Assembly (NCBI RefSeq): GCF_000341395.1
Contig: NC_020304.1
Coordinates: 3,600,001 to 3,632,000 of the forward strand
DNA length: 32,000 nucleotides
Source of the DNA: Desulfocapsa sulfexigens DSM 10523
GTDB taxonomy: Bacteria > Desulfobacterota > Desulfobulbia > Desulfobulbales > Desulfocapsaceae
Reading direction: 5' to 3'
Both the position numbers and the translations under genes were made by a program. Under the pieces are notes generated by a model. That model was not told where the DNA came from and did no database searches. It saw only the letters and a program-made list of their open reading frames with translations. Shown here piece after piece: positions 9,345-17,416 of the stretch; the first letter of the stretch is position 1, and each line of letters starts with the position of its first letter.

Positions 9345-12300
9345 TCACTCTCTTCCCGGAGATGAAACCACGACATCATAGGGGCAGTTCAGGTTTAACA
9401 GCTCGGAAAATGCTGCATCAGGTAATGGCGGGCTGAAGAGGTACCCCTGAATCTGCATATCCTTACTGTTTTGCAGAGAGAGAAATTCTAACTGTGCCCG
9501 GTTCTCAACCCCTTCTGCTACCAATTCAAGATTAAGAGCCTGGGCTAAAGAAATAATTGTCGTTGCAATGGACGAGCTATCCTTATTATCAGGAATATCC
9601 TTGATAAAGGAGCGGTCTATCTTCAGAGTGTCAATGGGCATCATGCGTAAATATTGAAGGGAGGAATAGCCGGTACCGAAGTCATCGAGGGCTAGACGGA
9701 TCCCTGCTTCTTTAAATTCTAATAATTGCTTGATTGCCGTCTGCTCATTACCCATCACCACACTTTCGGTAATCTCGAGTTCGAGGTGTGCAACTGGCAA
9801 CCCGACTTCATGTACAATGGCGACAAGAGTTCCCACAAGGTCTTTCTCCATGAATTGACGAGCGGAAAGATTTACAGACACTGAAAGCTTTTTATTTTTT
9901 TCCAACCACTTTCCTGTATCCACACAGGCTTTCCTCAGAACATATTCCCCGATGGGGACAATCAACCCTGTTTCTTCGGCTAGCGGAACAAAGTCCAGAG
10001 GGGAAATAACCTGCCCGTCAGTGGTCTGCCACCGAATGAGGGCCTCCATGCCCAGGATTTCACCAGACCCAATAGAGACTTTGGGCTGATAATAGACGAG
10101 AAATTCTTCACGATCGAGAGCCACGCGCAGGCGATTCTCAAGAGAAAGGCGGTGAATCACCTTGGAATTCATGCCCTTGGTAAAAAACTGATAGCGGTTT
10201 TTTCCTTCTATCTTTGCCCGGTACATGGCCAATTCACCATTCTTCAACAGGGTCTCAGCATCACGGCCATCACCAGGAAAGGAGGTTATCCCTATACTGG
10301 CCGTAATAAAGGTTTCATAGCTGGTCAGATTAAAGGATGTGGTAAATTGATCGAGAATTTTTTCCGCAGTCACTACGACATCTTTCAAATCCTCACATTG
10401 CTCGAGCAAGATAGCGAAATCATCACCGCCGAGGCGCGCCACCGTCGTATCGTCCTCCACACACGCTTTAAGACGTTCTGCAACCTGCTGTAACAGAAAA
10501 TCACCGGCCATATGTCCCAGTGAGTCATTAATATGTTTAAAATTATCAAGATCGAGACACAAAACCACAACATTATGTGAAGATTGCTGGGCGTGTCCTA
10601 TCGCCACCCTCAAACGGTCAAGCATTAGAAAGCGGTTAGGCAACGAAGTCAGTGCGTCATGATACGCCTGGAAATGAATCTGGTCTTCATAACTGCGAAT
10701 CTCTGTCAAATCATGAAAGACCGCAACATAATTGGTAACCCGGTCATACTCATCTGTAATTGCGGTAATGATCAAATATTCTGGATAGATCTCGCCATTC
10801 TTACGGCGGTTCCAGATCTCACCCTCCCATCTTCCTGTATCATTCAATATGGACCACATGGCTTGATAAAAAGCCTGGTCATGGCGATCAGATTTTAAAA
10901 TGCTCGGCTTATTTCCCACTGCCTCTTCACGGCTGTATCCGGTAATATGGGTGAAGGCCTGATTGACTGACTGGATAATACCACTGGCATCGGTAATGGT
11001 AATTCCTTCAATACTGCTTTCAAAGACCCGGGCCGCCAGGGCCAGTTGTTTTTTCCTCTCCCTGTGCAGAGTAACGTCTTGGACTGTACCGAACATCCGC
11101 AGAGGGAGTCCATTTGTGTCATATTCAATTTCACCTTCAACGCGTACCTCCAGATAGTGACGGTGACGGGTAACAACACGATAATAAATATTAAATGGCT
11201 CTCCGGTGTCAAGAACATGCGTCACCGCATCCTGCACACGTTGACGATCATCAGGATGAACAAACTTCAGAAAGACATTATAGGAAACCACTCCCTGATT
11301 ACTCTCTCTCTCTAATATCCGGTAAACCCCATCAGAAAAGAACAGATTGTTTTCTGGAATAAACCACTCCCAGTAGCCCAGCCTGGCAATCTCCTGAGCC
11401 TTGGTAAGGTTTGCCTTACTGGTGAGCAAACTATCTTCAGCCTCCTGCCTTTCAATAAGCAGAGCCAGGGTTCCGGCCACCACTTGCATAAAATTCAAAT
11501 GTCGATCTTCACAGACGTGAGCAACCTCGACATAAAGCATCAATACCCCGAGCACTTTCTCCAAATGAACAATGGGAATAATATAATGATGCCGTTTTTC
11601 ACTCGTCCCCAAGCGATACTGATCTTTACCGGGAAGTCCTCGAGTACAAATAATCTCTCTTTTTTGAGCCGCTATACCACAAAGACATTCACCAAACCGA
11701 ATAGTCTGGCAGTGTTTCAATAGAGAAACATCCATGTCTTTCTGCACGAAAAGAACAAGGCTCTCAGGTTCTTTCTTGTCGATTAGAAAAATCCCTCCAC
11801 GGGGAAGAAAATGAAGCCAGGGAAGTTTTACGATAATATCAAGGGCCTCGGAGAGTTGCTCTTTCAGAGATACATTCCTAAAACCGATCCGGAGGAGTTT
11901 GTTGATTGCACTTTCCTGCCAACGTCGCTGCTTCAACTCTTCTTCTGCTTTCTTCTGGGAAGTGATATCACGCCCAAGAACCACCAACCCCTTGCGGTTA
12001 CCATTTTCGTGGAAGAGAGGAATTTTATGGATATCAAGGATCGTACTCCCGCCCCCGGGCAAAGGAATAATTTCTTCACTCTGGGTCGGCTTTCCAGCCT
12101 TCCAGGATTCTTCATCGCTGGCCTCACAACTAAGAAATGCCCCCTTATAAAAGGGACTGAACTGGGCCAGCTCAGAATCTTTCTTACCTACATAATCAAT
12201 CCCCAGCAGCTGAAAAAGCTCCAAGTCCGCTTTGTTGGCTTCCAGCCATCTCCCGTTACCGTCTTTGAAACAAACAATATCGGGCATGGCATTGAGCAGC

Positions 12301-12368
12301 GTACGGAGTAATTCTTCTCCATGTAGAGAAGTAGATTTGTCAAATATTGATGATGATTGAGAAGACAT
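9345..12368 (-). CDS. Multidomain c-di-GMP signalling protein: PAS-GAF-PAS-PAS-GGDEF(GGDDF variant)-EAL
   Basis: 1007 aa. PAS-like segments include LLNAMPDIVCFKDGNGRWLEAN, a segment ending in RMFGTVQDVTL, and VFESSIEGITITDASGIIQSVNQAFTHITGYSREEAVG. A GAF-like region lies between them. The GGDEF domain reads YHDALTSLPNR...RLGGDDFAILL. The EAL domain reads GMEALIRW, DDFGTGYSSL, LKIDRSF, VAEGVE and QGYLFSPP. Confidence 0.93.
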   Translation of the reverse strand: MSSQSSSIFDKSTSLHGEELLRTLLNAMPDIVCFKDGNGRWLEANKADLELFQLLGIDYVGKKDSELAQFSPFYKGAFLSCEASDEESWKAGKPTQSEEIIPLPGGGSTILDIHKIPLFHENGNRKGLVVLGRDITSQKKAEEELKQRRWQESAINKLLRIGFRNVSLKEQLSEALDIIVKLPWLHFLPRGGIFLIDKKEPESLVLFVQKDMDVSLLKHCQTIRFGECLCGIAAQKREIICTRGLPGKDQYRLGTSEKRHHYIIPIVHLEKVLGVLMLYVEVAHVCEDRHLNFMQVVAGTLALLIERQEAEDSLLTSKANLTKAQEIARLGYWEWFIPENNLFFSDGVYRILERESNQGVVSYNVFLKFVHPDDRQRVQDAVTHVLDTGEPFNIYYRVVTRHRHYLEVRVEGEIEYDTNGLPLRMFGTVQDVTLHRERKKQLALAARVFESSIEGITITDASGIIQSVNQAFTHITGYSREEAVGNKPSILKSDRHDQAFYQAMWSILNDTGRWEGEIWNRRKNGEIYPEYLIITAITDEYDRVTNYVAVFHDLTEIRSYEDQIHFQAYHDALTSLPNRFLMLDRLRVAIGHAQQSSHNVVVLCLDLDNFKHINDSLGHMAGDFLLQQVAERLKACVEDDTTVARLGGDDFAILLEQCEDLKDVVVTAEKILDQFTTSFNLTSYETFITASIGITSFPGDGRDAETLLKNGELAMYRAKIEGKNRYQFFTKGMNSKVIHRLSLENRLRVALDREEFLVYYQPKVSIGSGEILGMEALIRWQTTDGQVISPLDFVPLAEETGLIVPIGEYVLRKACVDTGKWLEKNKKLSVSVNLSARQFMEKDLVGTLVAIVHEVGLPVAHLELEITESVVMGNEQTAIKQLLEFKEAGIRLALDDFGTGYSSLQYLRMMPIDTLKIDRSFIKDIPDNKDSSSIATTIISLAQALNLELVAEGVENRAQLEFLSLQNSKDMQIQGYLFSPPLPDAAFSELLNLNCPYDVVVSSPGRE

Positions 12369-12472
12369 GGCAAGATTAGTATAAAAGAGGATAATTAGTT
12401 TTCACTTACGAAAACACAATATTTATGACCTTCCTGAATAATGTGACGCAGAAGCCAGCTTGAGAATAAGTT

Positions 12473-12488
12473 TACCTTAATTAAGGTA
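12473..12488. promoter_or_regulatory. Perfect 16-bp palindrome TACCTTAATTAAGGTA upstream of the GGDEF-EAL gene; candidate operator
   Basis: Read directly from the sequence. It lies about 105 bp upstream of the ATG at 12368, in an AT-rich intergenic region. Confidence 0.3.
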
Positions 12489-12658
12489 GCATATCAATTC
12501 ATTCTCTATGCTGATTATTAATATCATCATCATTATTGATACTCAGTATTACTCATTCTATTTGAGCCAGTTCTCCGCAACAACTCAACTCTGAAAAAAA
12601 ATTACGTCCTGCTGAGCATACACGCCCTTACTTCCTCTAAATTCATACAGAAAAAGCT

Positions 12659-13075
12659 CTATTCACCTATAATTTTCACTAATACTCGTTTCTTACGTCT
12701 CCCATCAAATTCACCGTAAAAAATCTGTTCCCAAGTTCCGAAATCCAACTGACCATCGGTTACTGCAACCACCACCTCCCTGCCCATGATTTGCCTTTTC
12801 ATATGGGCATCGGCATTATCCTCATAACCGTTATGGCGATACTGTTCCACGGGGGCATGAGGAGCTAGTTTTTCCAACCACACTTCATAATCGTGATGCA
12901 GGCCTGATTCGTCGTCATTAATAAAAACACTTGCCGTAATATGCATGGCGTTACAAAGTAGAAGCCCTTGTTTTATTGAGCTTTCTCTAAGACACTCTTC
13001 TACCTGTCGGGTAATGTTGATAAAAGCTCTTCTTGTCGGTGCTTCAAACCACAACTCTTTACGGTAATGTTTCAT
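12659..13075 (-). CDS. yjbQ: YjbQ/UPF0047-family protein (secondary thiamine-phosphate synthase family)
   Basis: 138 aa. [11 protein letters not shown]...[26 protein letters not shown]...[39 protein letters not shown] matches the UPF0047 signature I remember. Confidence 0.85.
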   Translation of the reverse strand: MKHYRKELWFEAPTRRAFINITRQVEECLRESSIKQGLLLCNAMHITASVFINDDESGLHHDYEVWLEKLAPHAPVEQYRHNGYEDNADAHMKRQIMGREVVVAVTDGQLDFGTWEQIFYGEFDGRRKKRVLVKIIGE

Positions 13076-13389
13076 GACATATTCCCTTTTTTATTATGAT
13101 ACTGTTTTTACCTTTGGTTTTTGATAGTTGTATTTTTACATATAAACATTCCAATAACAATTATTTCTGTACGATCTCAGGATATTGTCCATTTCGAGAT
13201 TCAAAATTCATTTTCAATGATGGGGAAGTCCAAAATGATTTTTCCATTTGTCATTACAATCCTGCTGTTTTTTTTGTAGTGTATCTTGTGCCGATAAATG
13301 ACCATTTAGAAACCATTTTAGTCATCACGACATTTACCGGAATCGAGAAACCTTTATATCGACAACTTCAACCTTGAGAGACAGGCCCA

Positions 13390-13563
13390 ATGAAGACAGC
13401 ATCTCCCAGTACCAGGAAGCGCCGCTGTAGATATACTGATGAGCAGATTGAAATAATTCACGAAAAACACTGTGATGGAAAATCAATTAATGAACTTGCA
13501 CGAATGTATGCAGTTCACCCCAACACCATACGTAGGTATCTTTCCCGGTTTCGGGTCTACTGA
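13390..13563 (+). CDS. Orphan 57-aa helix-turn-helix protein (resolvase/transposase-type HTH)
   Basis: Below the ORF-track cutoff. My translation is MKTASPSTRKRRCRYTDEQIEIIHEKHCDGKSINELARMYAVHPNTIRRYLSRFRVY-stop(TGA). The pattern T-D-E-Q-I-x-x-I...G-K-S-I-x-E-L-A-R-x-Y-x-V-x-x-x-T-I-x-R-Y-L is the classic HTH of resolvase C-terminal or IS N-terminal domains. It lies in an AT-rich island. Confidence 0.45.
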   Translation: MKTASPSTRKRRCRYTDEQIEIIHEKHCDGKSINELARMYAVHPNTIRRYLSRFRVY

Positions 13564-13819
13564 CTGGTGATAAAAATCAAAAAAAATGGGTCTTCTAAGG
13601 AAAATGACCCGGCAAAAACATCTATGGACAAGCCGCAGATCTTCTCATTAATTTGCCATCTTGAAGATCTGAAGATACTCTCAATTCACCATGGTTACCT
13701 TCCTGCTGCATTGCCGATGGGGTCAAGAATCAAACTATCAAAATAGTGGAGTATCACAATAAAAAAAAGCCCGATAGAATTACTCCTACCAGGCCTTTTT
13801 CAGTACACCACAACAACGG

Positions 13820-15415
13820 TTACCGTATCTCCACCCCACTCTCTCTAAGGGCTGTCTTCACCTCGGAAATAGGGACTTCCTTACGATGAAAAATTCCTGC
13901 AGCAAGTGCTGCTTCTGCATTGGTCTCCTTAAAAACATCCACAAAATGAGCGGCTGAACCGGCTCCTGAAGATGCTATAACAGGTATGGTCACCGCACTT
14001 TTCACATGGTTGATCAGCTCAAAATCAAATCCGCTGTTGGTGCCATCCTTATCAATACAGTTTAAAAGAATTTCCCCGGCACCCAGAGCCTCGCAACTCG
14101 CAGCAAGCTGTACTGCATCCAGATCACGTCCTTCCCGGCCACCTTTCACGGTACACTGGTACCAGCAGTACTCCTCACCATCTGGCCCTGGAAAAGCCGT
14201 TTTTATGGTATTATGATCGGTATCTTCAGGCTTGTTCACATACACCCGCCTCGGATCGACGGAGATAACAACGGCCTGAGCTCCATAGACAAATGAAATC
14301 TGCTCGATAGAGCTTTTGCCGGTTTTTTTACCGGTTTTCATATATTCTTCAGCGGTGTAACAGGCATCGGAACCAATGGAGATTTTATCAGCACCGGAAC
14401 GAAAATATTCCGAGGCAACATCAAGTGAGGTATATTCCCTGCCATTGGAATCGGTAAATTCACGGATACCACCACCAATGGTGAGAGGTACAAAGACATT
14501 TTCAGAAGTCCTCTGTAACACTTCAAGCATGGGTTGATCTTCCATTGGAAAATCCCTGAATCCTGTAATATTTAAAAAAGTTATTTCGTCGGCACCTTCT
14601 TCGTAGTATCGTCTGGCAAGCTCCACCGGTTTGCCGAGATTTCTCACCTCTCCCCTGTCACGCACATCATACTGATCGCCCTTGGTGACAACCAGATCTC
14701 CATTGTCGTTGCTTCGTACATCCAGACAGGCAATAACACGTTTCGCCATCCTGGTCTCCCGGTGAGTACCAGACTCCCGGCCAGTTATGACTGTGACACT
14801 CTCATCATTCGTTGCTTGAAGATAATTCCCTAAAATATTTAATCCTGCAGCACCACTTTTTTCCGGATGAAACTGGAATGCGGTTATATTCCCTTTCTGA
14901 ACACCACTGACAAATTCCTCACCGTAATTGGTTGTGGTGAGCAACCACTCCTTATCAACCTCTTCAAGCGTTGCCCGGTAGGAGTGGACGAAATACAGTT
15001 TCTCGCCGTTATATCCAGAAAACAGCGGTGACGGCTTATGCAGGTTCACCCCATTCCAGCCAATCTGGGGAACAGAAAGACTGCTTTCGGTGAATCGCCT
15101 AACCTGTCCTTTTAATATGGAGAGTCCAGCAACACCTGGTGATTCTTCACTCCCCTCAAACAGGGCCTGAAGCGCCACACAGATTCCAAGAACCGGTTTA
15201 TCTGAATGTATTCGTTCTATTAGAGGCTCCACAAAGCCATCTCGCCTTAGACGGTTCATGACCGAGCCATAACTCCCAACACCTGGAAAGATTAATCGTT
15301 CGGCATTAAGAATATCAGCAGGATTTTGCACGTCCTGTACACTATAGCCAAGTTTTCGTATCGCATTCCTGACGCTGCGGACATTGCCAGCGCCATAGTC
15401 AAGTAAGGTTATCAT
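13820..15415 (-). CDS. hisHF: Bifunctional imidazole glycerol phosphate synthase, fused HisH (glutaminase) and HisF (cyclase), HIS7-type
   Basis: 531 aa. The N-terminal part carries LLDYGAGNVRSV...GICVALQALFEGSEE...FQFHPEKSG, the class-I amidotransferase Cys/His/Glu. The C-terminal part carries RVIACLDVR...LVVTKGDQYDVR...VRNLGKPVELARRYYEEGADEITFLNIT...PLTIGGGIR...FRSGADKISIGSDA...AAGIFHR, the HisF barrel. The linker and insertions resemble the eukaryotic fused enzyme. Confidence 0.92.
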   Translation of the reverse strand: MITLLDYGAGNVRSVRNAIRKLGYSVQDVQNPADILNAERLIFPGVGSYGSVMNRLRRDGFVEPLIERIHSDKPVLGICVALQALFEGSEESPGVAGLSILKGQVRRFTESSLSVPQIGWNGVNLHKPSPLFSGYNGEKLYFVHSYRATLEEVDKEWLLTTTNYGEEFVSGVQKGNITAFQFHPEKSGAAGLNILGNYLQATNDESVTVITGRESGTHRETRMAKRVIACLDVRSNDNGDLVVTKGDQYDVRDRGEVRNLGKPVELARRYYEEGADEITFLNITGFRDFPMEDQPMLEVLQRTSENVFVPLTIGGGIREFTDSNGREYTSLDVASEYFRSGADKISIGSDACYTAEEYMKTGKKTGKSSIEQISFVYGAQAVVISVDPRRVYVNKPEDTDHNTIKTAFPGPDGEEYCWYQCTVKGGREGRDLDAVQLAASCEALGAGEILLNCIDKDGTNSGFDFELINHVKSAVTIPVIASSGAGSAAHFVDVFKETNAEAALAAGIFHRKEVPISEVKTALRESGVEIR

Positions 15416-15422
15416 TTTGTAA

Positions 15423-16007
15423 TTACGCTAATTTTCTGTAATATTTTCCGTTGGCACAGCCACGACAGAGATTTTTGCCATTCTGCTCAACATCTCGACA
15501 GTCCTGAACCCAGTCACCACAACTTTCACACTGAATACGTCTAAGCGGCCTACCCGGCATATCTTCTTTGGGGATATCAACATGCACTTCATCCACGGTG
15601 AAGAGTTCCTCCTCGGGCATGACGCGATAGGCGCCAAGCTGACGCTGGTATTTGTTTTCAATCTCTGGACAATATTTTTTTGAGAGCTCACGTGATTCTT
15701 CCCGGGCAACGATACGCACGGCCTTACCGGTGTCGAGATTGACAAAGGTGGCTGCCATAACCCCATAGTCAATCCAGCGCATGGAACGTTTCCCCAAACT
15801 ACATCCGGTTACCGACTGGATGGCATCCGTTGCACAGCGGTCAATTTCCACCAGCACATAGAGTTTTTTGCGATCAAGTCCTCTTGGGTCCTGAATACCA
15901 ATGGCTGCAAGGCCCAGCATGGACATTCGTACGCCAATAACTTGTCCGGCACAGATATGACCATGAACCTTGGTTGATCGTTCCAGCAGGACATCAAATG
16001 ATTCCAT
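15423..16007 (-). CDS. FmdE-family protein with a C-terminal CxxC...CxxC zinc ribbon
   Basis: VHGHICAGQVIGVRM is the FmdE-domain HGHxCxG signature. The C-terminus carries CESCGDWV...CRGCANG. The track start at 16019 is a TTG. The ATG at 16007 has a GGAGA Shine-Dalgarno 7 nt upstream. The stop lies 7 nt before the hisHF start. Confidence 0.85.
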   Translation of the reverse strand: MESFDVLLERSTKVHGHICAGQVIGVRMSMLGLAAIGIQDPRGLDRKKLYVLVEIDRCATDAIQSVTGCSLGKRSMRWIDYGVMAATFVNLDTGKAVRIVAREESRELSKKYCPEIENKYQRQLGAYRVMPEEELFTVDEVHVDIPKEDMPGRPLRRIQCESCGDWVQDCRDVEQNGKNLCRGCANGKYYRKLA

Positions 16008-16060
16008 TTTGTTCTCCAAAAAGATTACGAAATTAAAACCTCTTTATTCAAATACACTTC

Positions 16061-16089
16061 ACAATACTCAGCCACCAATCCAGTGTCAA
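16061..16089 (-). promoter_or_regulatory. Candidate sigma-70 promoter for fmdE-hisHF
   Basis: The minus strand reads TTGACA-ctggattggtggctgag(17 nt)-TATTGT. The -10 element lies about 54 nt upstream of the fmdE ATG at 16007. Confidence 0.55.
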
Positions 16090-16110
16090 CAAACCAGGGG
16101 GGAGCAAGCC

Positions 16111-16659
16111 CTAAAACTCGAACCCTTTCTGCGCTTTAACACCTGACTGGTATGGATGCTTGATCTCCTTCATCTCCGTCACAAGTTCCGCCAGTTCGAT
16201 CAGGCCAGCCGATGCGTAGCGGCCGGTAACCACCACATGCTGTTCCCGTGGCCTATTTCTTAACACCTCAAGAATCTCCTCCTCATCAAGAATATTATAA
16301 TGCGGAAGATAGGTCAGCTCATCCAGGATAACCATATCATATGTGTTCGCCTGAATGACCTCTTTTGCAAAATCCCACGCTTCGACTGCGAGCTGTTTAT
16401 CCTTTTCGAGATCATCGGATTTCCAGGTAAATCCCCGCCCCATCACATGAAAATCGAGTAATGGCGTAAACTGCTTTGCCATTTCCAGTTCCCCGTATTT
16501 CCAACTCCCTTTGATGAATTGGATAATACAAACCCTGTGGCCATGCCCAAGAGCCCTGAAGGCCAGGCCCAGTGATGCGGTAGTCTTCCCTTTACCGTTA
16601 CCGGTAAAGACTGCAACAAGACCTGTGGTGCTGTTCTTAGTTGGCTTTTCTTGTGCCAT
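16111..16659 (-). CDS. cobO: Cob(I)yrinic acid a,c-diamide adenosyltransferase (CobA/CobO/BtuR type)
   Basis: GLVAVFTGNGKGKTTASLG P-loop, IIQFIKG, ILDELTY and KHPYQSGVKAQKGFEF. I prefer the start at the ATG at 16659 (MAQEKPT), which overlaps the cbiF 3' end. The track's longer form starts at 16728. Confidence 0.9.
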   Translation of the reverse strand: MAQEKPTKNSTTGLVAVFTGNGKGKTTASLGLAFRALGHGHRVCIIQFIKGSWKYGELEMAKQFTPLLDFHVMGRGFTWKSDDLEKDKQLAVEAWDFAKEVIQANTYDMVILDELTYLPHYNILDEEEILEVLRNRPREQHVVVTGRYASAGLIELAELVTEMKEIKHPYQSGVKAQKGFEF

Positions 16660-17416
16660 GACTAAAGCTCCTGTCATACAGTTTTGATACTGCCTCAAGA
16701 TCGGTATTGGCAAAAACTCTCCCGACACAGATCATGGCAGTCTTTCTGATTCCGGCCTGTTCAACCTGTGCCGCAATGGATTTCAAGCTTCCCGTAAGAA
16801 TGGTCTCATCATCCCAGGTCGCCTTTTCAACTATCGCCACAGGAGTATCTTCAGGATATCCGCCTGCTATCAGTTCCTCCACCACCTTATCCATCATCGA
16901 TACAGAAAGAAAAATAAGCATGGTGGTCTGATGACTGGCAAGGAGTTGTAACTTTTCAAGCTCGGGGACAGGAGTACGTCCCTCCTGACGGGTAATAATG
17001 ACGGTCTGGGCAACTTCAGGAAGGGTCAACTCGGCATTGAGGGCGGCGGCCGCGCCAAATGCGGAACTCACACCCGGCACAACCCTATAGGGAATCTGCA
17101 GTGCATCGAGTTGCTGCATCTGTTCCTTGATTGCCCCAAAGATCGAAGGATCTCCGGTGTGAAGCCGTACAACGCGCTGCCCCTTTTTCCAGGCAGTGGA
17201 GAGTATCGTGATAATTTCATCAAGATTCATCCCCTGCGAGTCATGAATATCAGCCTTACAGCCCTCAAGAAGTTTTTTGTTTACAAGGCTCCCGGCATAA
17301 ACAATACACTCTGCCTCATCAAGCAGCCTTCTTCCTTTTATGGTGATAAGTTCCACATCACCAGGCCCTGCACCAACTATCGCTATAGGCTGCTTATTGA
17401 TCTCTTTTCTACTCAT
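16637..17416 (-). CDS. cbiF: (Cobalt-)precorrin-4 C11-methyltransferase
   Basis: IAIVGAGPGDVELITIKGRRLLDEAECIVYAGSLV and RLHTGDPSIFGAI are tetrapyrrole methylase signatures. The ATG at 17416 overlaps the cbiET stop (TGATG). Confidence 0.9.
   Translation of the reverse strand: MSRKEINKQPIAIVGAGPGDVELITIKGRRLLDEAECIVYAGSLVNKKLLEGCKADIHDSQGMNLDEIITILSTAWKKGQRVVRLHTGDPSIFGAIKEQMQQLDALQIPYRVVPGVSSAFGAAAALNAELTLPEVAQTVIITRQEGRTPVPELEKLQLLASHQTTMLIFLSVSMMDKVVEELIAGGYPEDTPVAIVEKATWDDETILTGSLKSIAAQVEQAGIRKTAMICVGRVFANTDLEAVSKLYDRSFSHGTRKAN

Noticed and set aside
13096-13377. 93-aa ORF in the AT-rich island
   Set aside because: Its composition is low-complexity and AT-driven (many F/I/N/Y). It has no Shine-Dalgarno and no recognisable motif. 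It is probably a chance ORF in AT-rich DNA.
13561-13563. In-frame TGA after the HTH ORF as a selenocysteine codon
   Set aside because: I saw no SECIS-like hairpin immediately downstream, and the protein context (an HTH) is not a selenoprotein family. A nonsense mutation or a genuine stop is more plausible.
13770-13810. A-run/T-run flanked segment (aaaaaaaagcccgatag...ccaggccttttt) as the hisHF terminator
   Set aside because: The flanks look terminator-like, but I could only pair about 3 bp of stem. It is not convincing.
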